Part shown: positions 16,948 through 24,967 of the stretch, in pieces
Layout: every line of letters starts with the position of its first letter
How positions within the stretch are numbered: position 1 is the first letter of the stretch
Translations under genes and position numbers: made by a program
Assembly: GCF_014396165.1 (NCBI RefSeq)
Contig: NZ_CP060715.1
Span: 540,001 to 572,000, forward strand
Reading direction: 5' to 3'
Origin: Erysipelothrix inopinata
Lineage (GTDB): Bacteria; Bacillota_I; Bacilli_A; Erysipelotrichales; Erysipelotrichaceae
DNA length: 32,000 bases
Notes under the pieces: model-generated
Seen by the model: only the letters and a program-made list of their open reading frames with translations
The model's database searches: none
What the model was told of the DNA's origin: nothing

Positions 16948-17697
16948 TTATTTTGGAAAGCGGATAGTAATGATTACTTCATCCTCTGTTTCTTCCATGT
17001 TATGGTTAACTTTTATGCCTGTTTTTTCAATCATTCCGATTGATTGTTTTATGGTATTAATACCAATTTTAATATGTTGAGAAATTCCGCGAACAACGGT
17101 TTTCTTTTTCTTTGGTTTATTGACCAAAGTTTCAGTCTGTTGAACATTCAGTTTTTTATCTAAAATCTCATCAAGAATTTCTTCTGTTTTTTGATTCTCT
17201 AGTCCTATTAATGCGCGAGCATGTCGTTCCGTAATTTTACGTTCACCCAACGCACTTAAGACGGGATCGGGTAATTCCAACAGTCTTATTTTGTTCGCAA
17301 TACCTGATTGGGATTTACCCACACGTTTAGCGAGTTCTTTTTGTGTAATTCCTTGGATACGTAAAATATCGCGATAAGCTTTGGCTTCTTCGACTACTGA
17401 GAGGTCTTCACGTTGAATATTCTCAATGAGTGCGACTGTTGCACTTTTTTCATCATCGATATCGCTTAAAATACAAGGTATTTCTAAGTATCCAGACATC
17501 ATCATTGCTCGATAACGTCTTTCACCTGCAATAATTTCGTAGTAGTCATCAACTTGACGAACAACTACAGGTTGAATTAAACCATTTTCTTGAATGGATT
17601 GTGCCAGTTCTAAGAGGTTCTCTTCATCAAACACGGTACGTGGTTGATAACGATTTGGCTTAATCTTTTCAATTGGTATATTTATACGTTCAATCAT
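16948..17697 (-). CDS. noc: nucleoid occlusion protein Noc (ParB paralog), N-terminally short form
   Basis: GERRYRA box, ITERHARALI, LNVQQTE, and a C-terminal IGINTIKQSIGMIEKTGIKVNHNMEETEDEVIITIRFPK that closely resembles the Bacillus Noc C-terminus. It sits between rsmG and parA. ATG at 17697 has GGGAGGAA upstream and overlaps the rsmG stop. Confidence 0.85.
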   Translation of the reverse strand: MIERINIPIEKIKPNRYQPRTVFDEENLLELAQSIQENGLIQPVVVRQVDDYYEIIAGERRYRAMMMSGYLEIPCILSDIDDEKSATVALIENIQREDLSVVEEAKAYRDILRIQGITQKELAKRVGKSQSGIANKIRLLELPDPVLSALGERKITERHARALIGLENQKTEEILDEILDKKLNVQQTETLVNKPKKKKTVVRGISQHIKIGINTIKQSIGMIEKTGIKVNHNMEETEDEVIITIRFPK

Positions 17698-18406
17698 GAT
17701 TCCTCCCAGATAATGGCGCCTTCTTTATTTTAGCATAATTACGCGGAAATTTCTGTGGCGTCTTCTTTATTTTACGGATTTCCAAATTATATCTTTCGCC
17801 CATTTCATCATCATAAAAACGATGAGAGGTTTCGAGCTTACCACCGAGTATATTTAAAGCTTTTTGTGACACTTCAATCTCTTCCAGTGCTTTCGCACCT
17901 TTCATGGCAATAAAAGTACCGTCAATACGTACAAATGGTAAACAGAGTTCACTCAGAATATCAAGGTAAGCCACAGCACGTGCTGTCGCATAGTCATAAC
18001 GTTCACGATGTTCATCAATAATATTCTCAGCGCGATCATTAATAATTGTAACGTTCGTGAGTCCACATGCATCCACAACTTGTTCTAAAAAATTGGTTCG
18101 TTTCGTTGTTGGCTCAACACATGTAATATGAATATCAGGACGTGCGATTGCGAGAACTAACCCTGGGAATCCAGCACCACTTCCAATATCAATCAGCGAA
18201 CTATTTTCCTTAATCAAAGGAGCAATTAACAACGAATCATAAAAATGCTTCAAGTAGATACCATGGTCATCATCGATAGCTGTAAGATTTAATACCTTAT
18301 TAACTTCCTGAATCAAACTTTTATACGACAAAAATTGTTGTTTCATTTGATCTGAAACAACAATTTTTAATGATTCAATATTTTGAATAAAACTTTCAAA
18401 ATCCAT
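17690..18406 (-). CDS. rsmG: 16S rRNA (guanine527-N7)-methyltransferase RsmG (GidB)
   Basis: SAM motif IDIGSGAGFPGLVLAI, a 238-aa size, and position upstream of noc-parAB. RBS GAGGTGA lies upstream of the ATG at 18406. Confidence 0.9.
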   Translation of the reverse strand: MDFESFIQNIESLKIVVSDQMKQQFLSYKSLIQEVNKVLNLTAIDDDHGIYLKHFYDSLLIAPLIKENSSLIDIGSGAGFPGLVLAIARPDIHITCVEPTTKRTNFLEQVVDACGLTNVTIINDRAENIIDEHRERYDYATARAVAYLDILSELCLPFVRIDGTFIAMKGAKALEEIEVSQKALNILGGKLETSHRFYDDEMGERYNLEIRKIKKTPQKFPRNYAKIKKAPLSGRNHD

Positions 18407-18417
18407 ACTTCACCTCA

Positions 18418-19389
18418 TTAAAACTCAAATTTTAAATTAATATCTTGTCGCGCAGCTTCCGCAACTTTTACTACGTTTAGGCTATGCTCCAAGAGTTCAT
18501 CACAACGTGCTCTATCTTTTGTTGCAACGATGTCTCTAAATGCTTCCACTTGATAGCTGAGTCGGTCACGATCTTGAACATTATGATTTTCGGTTAAATC
18601 ATTCGTGACGATTTCAACACGTTTCAATCCGTTAACGCCTCCAGGAACCATGATATATCCGGTTTCTCCTTGGATTTGGGCAAAGTTACTTGAATAGCTA
18701 TCTTTAGCGCCTACACATTCTACTACAAATTCAGGATATTTTAAAATCACAACACCCGAAGTATCAATTCCATTCTCATGACAGTTCGCAATATAAGATA
18801 CTTCTTCAGGCATTCCAAATAATCCCACTACAAAATGTAAGTTGTAAATGTTGATATCTGCCAAGGCTCCTCCTGAAAAATCAGGATCAAATACATTCGT
18901 TACTGTTCCTTGGAGAAGCTGACTATAACGGCTTGAATATTGGCTATAGTTACATTGAATTAACTTAATATTTCCAACTTTTTCAAGTTTTTCTTTAATA
19001 TATTCAAAGTGAGGCATATGTATATTACAAATTGCTTCAAAAAGATACAACTTCTTTTCTTGAGACAGTTTTACCAGTTCACATGCTTTATCATAATTTC
19101 CTGTGAAAGGTTTCTCCACAATAACATTCTTCCCTGCTAGAAGAGCCAGTTTTGATTGTTCATAATGAAGACTGTTAGGTGATGCAATATAAACCGTATC
19201 AATCTCATCATCTAAAAACATTTCTGTAAGAGAGGTGTAAATCTTCTTAATATCTACCTTCTCTGCGAACTCATGTCCGCGGACTAAATTTCTAGAATAT
19301 ACAGCAACAAACTCAATATCTTTAACAGTTCGAGCTGCACGAATAAAGTGTTCAACAATAATACCTGTTCCAATCGTAGCTATTTTCAT
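18418..19389 (-). CDS. Gfo/Idh/MocA-family NAD(P)-dependent oxidoreductase (323 aa from the internal ATG)
   Basis: MKIATIGTGIIVEHF Rossmann start and the EKP motif (VIVEKPFTG). The ATG at 19389 has AAAGGTGA upstream. An extended -10 lies inside the longer listed ORF, so the 19458 start is unlikely. The stop is 11 nt from the rsmG start. Confidence 0.8.
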   Translation of the reverse strand: MKIATIGTGIIVEHFIRAARTVKDIEFVAVYSRNLVRGHEFAEKVDIKKIYTSLTEMFLDDEIDTVYIASPNSLHYEQSKLALLAGKNVIVEKPFTGNYDKACELVKLSQEKKLYLFEAICNIHMPHFEYIKEKLEKVGNIKLIQCNYSQYSSRYSQLLQGTVTNVFDPDFSGGALADINIYNLHFVVGLFGMPEEVSYIANCHENGIDTSGVVILKYPEFVVECVGAKDSYSSNFAQIQGETGYIMVPGGVNGLKRVEIVTNDLTENHNVQDRDRLSYQVEAFRDIVATKDRARCDELLEHSLNVVKVAEAARQDINLKFEF

Positions 19390-19413
19390 TTGTGTCACCT
19401 TTTCTATAGTTGT

Positions 19414-19422
19414 ATTATACCA
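19414..19422 (-). promoter_or_regulatory. extended -10 promoter element (TGGTATAAT) for the oxidoreductase-rsmG-noc-parAB unit
   Basis: The minus strand reads TGG-TATAAT (19422 down to 19414), about 25 nt upstream of the ATG at 19389. No good -35 is present, consistent with an extended -10 promoter. Confidence 0.45.
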
Positions 19423-19734
19423 TGATTCATAGACTCCGTTTCTACTTTTAGATGACATTTGCTATCACATTAGTATAAACATATTTCGTTTATCTAAAAG
19501 CCTCAATTCTTAAAACACATCGTTTGATTACATTTTTCATAATTATTTCACATTTGATATGTTTTCTTAAGATTGTTCATTTCTTTTCTACATTTATTTC
19601 TAAATTAGGACTAATTTTGACTGTTTTTATCGAATATCAGCACTTTTCGGATGTATTTATGAGTTAATAGTGAAAATATTTTAACTAATAGGCTAAATCG
19701 AGTCTCACATTACAGTCTGGAAACGGGAGTGCCA

Positions 19735-19763
19735 TTGCGGAGAAATGCTTTTTTTTGTATTAT
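19735..19763 (+). promoter_or_regulatory. candidate promoter of the two-component operon with a T8 tract in the spacer
   Basis: TTGCGG (19735-19740), a 17-nt spacer containing TTTTTTTT (19749-19756), then TATTAT (19758-19763). It lies about 75 nt upstream of the response-regulator ATG. Confidence 0.3.
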
Positions 19764-19838
19764 CTAAGTACAATCATTGTTAAGAAATTAACACAGTTCT
19801 ATTCTGATTTCCCAACAATCAAATGCCAGGAGAGTATC

Positions 19839-20507
19839 ATGTATAAAATATTAATTGTAGATGACAACGTTAAATTTGCCGAATTTTTACAAATGGCTCT
19901 AACCAATGAAACTATGGAAGCAGACATTGTTTTCGAACCTGTTTCTGCGCTTCAAGCCATCGCTAACAACAACTATGATCTCATGATTTCAGACCTTCAT
20001 CTCCCTGATATCAATGGAGTCCAACTTGCGAAAAGTATTCGTACGATGAAACCTAAAATTAAGGTTATCATCCTTACGGGACAACCTACTGAAAACTCTG
20101 AACTTGAGTCCATCTATTATAATGTAGATCATTATATCGAAAAATCGAAGAGTATTAACATTATCTATAACTATGTCGAAAATTTACTACAGCGTGATAT
20201 AAGTAATGAAGAGCAATCTACATTATATTCAAAATCTGAAAATATTCTTATTAACCTCACAGAGCATTCTGTGATGAAAGATAATGAAGAATATGATTTA
20301 ACGCCCAGTGAATTTAAACTTCTAACATTATTCTTAAAGAATAAATCAATCACACTTTCACGAGAAACAATCAGTCAAGAATTATTTGGGTACTTTGATC
20401 CCAAATCACGCAGCATTGACGTTCACTTAAAGAATCTCCGCTCGAAAATGAGTATAACTTCTATATCAACCATACATGGCATCGGATTCAAATGGAATGA
20501 AGAATAA
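19839..20507 (+). CDS. OmpR-family response regulator (222 aa from the internal ATG)
   Basis: MYKILIVDDN, phospho-acceptor context LMISDLHLPD, ILTG and EKS receiver signatures. C-terminal winged helix: LTPSEFKLLTLFLKN ... DVHLKNLRSKM ... GIGFKW. AGGAG lies 7 nt upstream of the ATG at 19839. Confidence 0.88.
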   Translation: MYKILIVDDNVKFAEFLQMALTNETMEADIVFEPVSALQAIANNNYDLMISDLHLPDINGVQLAKSIRTMKPKIKVIILTGQPTENSELESIYYNVDHYIEKSKSINIIYNYVENLLQRDISNEEQSTLYSKSENILINLTEHSVMKDNEEYDLTPSEFKLLTLFLKNKSITLSRETISQELFGYFDPKSRSIDVHLKNLRSKMSITSISTIHGIGFKWNEE

Positions 20508-21894
20508 ATATTCCCGTACCATAAATATTGTAAGTATTTGCAATATCATCTTATACATCATTCTATGTTCTTTTTATCTGGTCAATCTTAAGAAATTTCC
20601 CGATGAATATCAAAAAATCGAAAGAAATCAGATCGACGAGATACAAATTGCAGTCAAAAGCTCCCTTGATGGAGATGCAAACCAAATTGCATCTAAGTTA
20701 GCGGTCGTTACGAAAGAAAACCCTGTAGATTTACTTATCTATAAGGGTAAAACACAAGTGTATAGTTCATCCAGTTCGTTTAACCGCGAGAATTTTTCGG
20801 GTGCAACCAACAAGCAATCGGTCCTCTTTGAAAGCCAAGGAAACTACACCAACGCAAATTTGGATAATTACGAAGTATTCATTAGGGTATATCGACTTCC
20901 TTACACAGAAACCTTAGTTCCATTTATCATGAAGCAGTTTATTCTACTCGCATTATGTTTCTTAATTCTTATTATCTGTCTGTTTATTATTATTCGCTTC
21001 ATTCTCTCATCGATGATGCAAGCTAAAAACTCACTCGAACTCATGCTCGAAAATGAATTTAAGGAAGTTGCGATGACAAACAAGGCAAATGATGCGATTA
21101 ATGAGAGCCTGAGAGATGTCTCAACTAAAATCAATCATAATCTTGATGATATTTCACGAGAGTATTCCCAGTATGAACAAGAGCTCGAAAAATCACGGCT
21201 CTACCTTGATAGTGTCTTACTCGTTTCAAGGTCATTTATTCATGATTTAAAGACACCAATTGTCCATCAGGTTTATGAGAATGAAATCTTCTCCACAACC
21301 ATTATGAATGATGAGTCTAAAGAAATTACTGAAATGAATATTGCCCATGGTGAATCACTCATCAAACAAATTAATGATATCCTCAAGTTTATGAGCCAAC
21401 CAGATATCGTTGAAAAATTAAATACCGATCTCAAGGATATCGATATTAATGCATTAATGATTCAAATATTTAGACAATTTAAGAACCAAATTTCTAGCAA
21501 ACATCTCGATATGGATTATATTTCCGATGAATCAGTAATTCTATATCGTAATGAGGTTCTTATTAAATTGTTGTTGCATAATATTATTTCTAATATGACT
21601 CAATATGCTTCAGATAATTCAACCATTTCCGTTTCAGCACTTCATACTGATAGTAATGAAATTGAACTGTCCTTCACCAATACAACGGATGTAGAGAATA
21701 TCCAAAGAATGCTTCAATCACAAAATATTTTTAATATCCTAGAGAAGAATCGTAACCATGAATACAGCAGTGGACAAGGGCTTTTCCTCATTAAAACAAT
21801 TACCGAGATGTCCGATGGAATCTATACTGTAACAACATCGGATGATTCTATAACACTTACACTAACGTTCCCTTGCAATGGAGATCTATTATGA
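20497..21894 (+). CDS. sensor histidine kinase (two TM helices, ~130-aa extracytoplasmic loop)
   Basis: H-box SFIHDLKTP, N-box LLHNIISNMTQYA, G-box SSGQGLFLIKTITEMSDG. TM helices around INIVSICNIILYIILCSFYLV and FILLALCFLILIICLFIIIRFIL. The start is ambiguous (20476 or 20497), and both overlap the end of the regulator gene. Confidence 0.85.
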   Translation: MKNKYSRTINIVSICNIILYIILCSFYLVNLKKFPDEYQKIERNQIDEIQIAVKSSLDGDANQIASKLAVVTKENPVDLLIYKGKTQVYSSSSSFNRENFSGATNKQSVLFESQGNYTNANLDNYEVFIRVYRLPYTETLVPFIMKQFILLALCFLILIICLFIIIRFILSSMMQAKNSLELMLENEFKEVAMTNKANDAINESLRDVSTKINHNLDDISREYSQYEQELEKSRLYLDSVLLVSRSFIHDLKTPIVHQVYENEIFSTTIMNDESKEITEMNIAHGESLIKQINDILKFMSQPDIVEKLNTDLKDIDINALMIQIFRQFKNQISSKHLDMDYISDESVILYRNEVLIKLLLHNIISNMTQYASDNSTISVSALHTDSNEIELSFTNTTDVENIQRMLQSQNIFNILEKNRNHEYSSGQGLFLIKTITEMSDGIYTVTTSDDSITLTLTFPCNGDLL

Positions 21895-22589
21895 GATCAA
21901 AAGTAATAAAACTGCTGACACTTGGATGTGTTTTCCTATTATTCGTTACACCTCTCCAAGCAGAAGATAAAAAAATAAGTGAACCTGGTACGTATGAGGT
22001 TGAACTAAAATATACCGACACAAACGGTACATCTTCTACCAAAACAATACATATTAGTGTTACCAAGGATGAACAAGATGAAGAAGCTATCATTGACGAT
22101 CATAATGGTAAGAATGAAGACATCGCGATTCACAAAATTTCCGATTATATATTAGAAGCGTCTAATTTTATAGTAAAAAATCAATCCTTAGATACTCTCA
22201 CTCACGAAGAAATTCTAGACTTGAGTAAAGCCCGTGCTTACAATCCAATGACGGAAGCCACAACACCCATTGAGATTATTAATAAGCAACCACTTGATAA
22301 GAATCGTGTTGAATACACGTTGATTGCTGATGAAGTTCTCATCAAAACCGTGGTAGGTACGACTACCATTGATGATTCCGTGGGCAAAGATATACAGTGG
22401 ACAAACAATAATATTGAATATGACAAGTTCACTACCTTAAACCAAATATTCTTTGGATCCTCGATATTTATACTTATTATAATCCCCTTATTAATCATTA
22501 GTATTTTATTTATTATTTACTATCGTTATAAGAATAAAACGCAAGACATCCTTTATCGAGCAAAAGAAGAAAAGAAAAACCAGCAATAA
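21891..22589 (+). CDS. secreted, C-terminally membrane-anchored protein with an adhesin-repeat-like Ig module (232 aa)
   Basis: ATGA overlap with the kinase stop, with GGAGA 6 nt upstream. Signal peptide MRSKVIKLLTLGCVFLLFVTPLQA. GTYEVELKYTDTNGTSSTKTIHISVTKD and LEASNFIVKNQSLDTLTHEEILDLSKARAYN follow the same pattern as the giant-protein modules. C-terminal TM IFFGSSIFILIIIPLLIISILFIIYY and a basic tail. Confidence 0.7.
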   Translation: MRSKVIKLLTLGCVFLLFVTPLQAEDKKISEPGTYEVELKYTDTNGTSSTKTIHISVTKDEQDEEAIIDDHNGKNEDIAIHKISDYILEASNFIVKNQSLDTLTHEEILDLSKARAYNPMTEATTPIEIINKQPLDKNRVEYTLIADEVLIKTVVGTTTIDDSVGKDIQWTNNNIEYDKFTTLNQIFFGSSIFILIIIPLLIISILFIIYYRYKNKTQDILYRAKEEKKNQQ

Positions 22590-22619
22590 TTGGATTAATC
22601 CAAATTAATGCTGGTTTTA
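22575..22619. terminator. bidirectional terminator between the two-component operon and mnmG
   Basis: AAAACCAGCA (22576-22585) pairs with TGCTGGTTTT (22609-22618). These arms enclose a second perfect palindrome, TTGGATTAATCCAA. A-rich and T-rich flanks are present on both sides. Confidence 0.7.
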
Positions 22620-22623
22620 ATAT

Positions 22624-24476
22624 TTATTTCGCTTGTTGTTTTAATACGATGGCAAGGATTGCAATATCAGCAGGGTTAACTCCTGATATACGTGATGCTT
22701 GTCCAACAGTTAGTGGTCTAATAGCGCTCAACTTTTGTTTTCCTTCGATTGATAAATTCTTTATTTCATCATAATTGATTGAATCTGGAAGCTTGATATC
22801 TTCCATCGCACGAAGTTTTTCTGCATCTTTAAGTGCTTTTTTAATATAGCCTTCATATTTAATTTCAACTTGAATTTGGAATGCTAAATCATTACGAACT
22901 TCCATTTGAAGAAGGTCGAGCAGTTCCATAAGTTCAATTCCAGGTCTTTTGACTGCATCATAAAGTGATAAGTCATGTGCTTCAAAAGGGATTGCTTTGC
23001 TTCAAAATAAGCCTCGAAGTCAGGAGTATGTGGAATCTTCACTGTTTTTGCATGTTCAATAAATTCATCAATTTCTTGAATATCTTTTTGAATTTGTACG
23101 TGATGATCTTCTAACAATAATCCGATTTCATGACCAAATCCCGATAAACGACGGTATGCATTATCATGTCTTAATAACAAACGGTATTCTGCACGTGATG
23201 TAAGCAGTCGGTATGGTTCAAGTGTTCCTTTTGTAACCAAGTCATCAATCATAACGCCTATATATGCTTCATCTCTTTTTAAGATTAATGGATCTTTGCC
23301 TTGATTTTTTAGAGCGGCGTTAATTCCAGCCATAAGACCTTGGCCTGCAGCTTCTTCATATCCGGATGTTCCATTGATTTGACCCGCTGTGAAGAGTCCA
23401 TCAACTGTCATGATTTCTAATGATGGTTTCAGTTGAATTGGATCAATTGCATCATATTCGATTGCATATCCATATTTTTGAACACGACAATTCTCAAGTC
23501 CTGGAATTGTACGTAGTGCTTGGTCTTGAACTTCTTCAGGAAGTGAAGAACTCAGTCCTTGCACATATGTTGTATCTAACGATGCTGCTTCCGGTTCTAG
23601 GAAAATTTGATGACGATCCTTATCTGCGAATCTCACAATCTTATCTTCAATAGACGGACAGTAACGTGCTCCTACTCCTTCTACAACACCGGAATACATA
23701 CTTGATTTATCAAGGTTTTGCTTGATAATATCGTGTGTTTTCTCATTTGTATACGTGAGGTAACAAGAATATTGTTCTTGAATGACATCTTCCTTACGAG
23801 TGCTGTTTGAGAAATAGTACGGCTTATCATCACCAGGTTGAATCGTTGTCTTACTAAAATCTATACTATCAGTATAGACACGAGCTGGTGTTCCTGTTTT
23901 TAATCTAAATGTTTTAAGACCAAGATTTCTAAGTGATTCTGACAACGCATTGGTTGTAGGTTCTCCATCGGGGCCACTAACTGTTACATTTGCGGATAGA
24001 AGAATCTTAGAACTCATATATGTTCCGGAAGTAATAATAACTGTTTTAGACTCAATGAGTTCGCCATCTTTAGTTCTAATACCGATTACTTTATTATTTT
24101 CTGTTACGATTTCTTCAACCATTTTTTGAACAATTTCAATCCCTGGTTCACTAAGCACTGCATCTCGCATTGCTTTACTATATTCAATTTTATCAGATTG
24201 GACTCTTAAGCACTGAACACCGGGTCCTTTACTTGAGTTTAATATTCTAAATTGTAACGCTGTCTTATCAGCGATTTTACCCATTACTCCGCCTAATGCT
24301 TCAATTTCTCTTACTACAATCCCCTTAGCAGGTCCCCCAATTGAGGGATTACATGGCATTGAAGCAATTCGATCAACATTAAGCGTAAATAATGCAGTTT
24401 TTTGACCCATACGTGCAGCAGCAACGGATGCTTCTACACCTGCATGGCCCCCTCCAACTACGATTACATCATACAT
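22624..24476 (-). pseudogene. mnmG: tRNA uridine-5-carboxymethylaminomethyl modification enzyme MnmG (GidA), reading frame broken near codon ~500
   Basis: N-terminal FAD motif YDVIVVGGGHAGVEA and strong MnmG-like sequence through ...PDFEAYFEAKQSL (ORF 22884-24491). The conserved C-terminus SLYDAVKRPGIEL...EIKYEGYIKK...GQASRISGVNPADIAILAIVLK continues in the -1 frame (ORF 22624-22929, open back to 23003). The probable true start is ATG 24476, since the listed GTG at 24491 contains the GGAGG RBS. Confidence 0.85.
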
Positions 24477-24541
24477 ATTCAACGCCTCCACAATGATTTT
24501 ATCACAAATGCACTTAAATCATGATTAAATTGCATAAAGTC

Positions 24542-24570
24542 TTGACATAAAAGGTCAATAAGCATACTGT
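24542..24570 (+). promoter_or_regulatory. candidate promoter/operator of the GntR-ABC operon
   Basis: TTGACA (24542-24547), 17 nt, TACTGT (24565-24570). The -35 is part of the inverted repeat TTGAC-N7-GTCAA (24542-24558). RBS GGGAGG precedes the ATG at 24602. Confidence 0.4.
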
Positions 24571-24601
24571 ATTAGTATAAGTGGTACAGATGGGAGGTTT
24601 T

Positions 24602-24967
24602 ATGTTTAATATCAATACTAAAGATACGACAACACCAATATTTGAACAAATCATTCAACAAGTTGCGAAAAACATCGCGCTTGGTATCTTAAAACCTAAT
24701 GAACAAATACCTACTATCAGGACCTTAGCAAAGGAATTAGGGGTTAATCCGAATACTGTTTCAAAAGCCTATCACGAATGTGAAGTGGCTGGTCTTATCT
24801 ATTCAATACCTGGAAAAGGGTCCTTCGTCTCAAAGCAAGACGATGGTATTATCACCCTTGTTGACTCAACCTATCGTACACTCGACATGACACTCAACAA
24901 TTTGAGAGATCTTGGCGAGGAACCTAATGAAATACTTAAATATATAAGGAGCTATTTCAATGATTAG
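24602..24967 (+). CDS. GntR-family transcriptional regulator, short YtrA-like subtype (121 aa)
   Basis: Winged-HTH signature PIFEQIIQQV...G-LKPNEQIPTIRTLAKELGVNPNTVSKAYHECEVAGLIYSIPGKGSFV with only a short C-terminal extension. It overlaps the downstream ABC ATPase gene. Confidence 0.85.
   Translation: MFNINTKDTTTPIFEQIIQQVAKNIALGILKPNEQIPTIRTLAKELGVNPNTVSKAYHECEVAGLIYSIPGKGSFVSKQDDGIITLVDSTYRTLDMTLNNLRDLGEEPNEILKYIRSYFND

Noticed and set aside
19722-19757. The T8 run preceded by GCCATTGCGGAGAAATGC looked like a plus-strand terminator of a possible small RNA.
   Set aside because: The only pairing available is a 4-bp CATT/AATG stem with a mismatch outside it, too weak for an intrinsic terminator. 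I treated the run as promoter-spacer sequence instead.
18418-22589. Possible genomic island or mobile element between rsmG and mnmG.
   Set aside because: I found no integrase, transposase or recombinase genes, no tRNA target, and no flanking direct or inverted repeats. It is reported only as a synteny break.
22957-23003. Programmed -1 ribosomal frameshifting as an explanation for the split mnmG.
   Set aside because: The zero-frame codons are TCC CTT TTG, which is not an X-XXY-YYZ slippery heptamer. I saw no obvious downstream stimulatory structure, and mnmG is not known to use recoding. An indel or sequencing error is more parsimonious.
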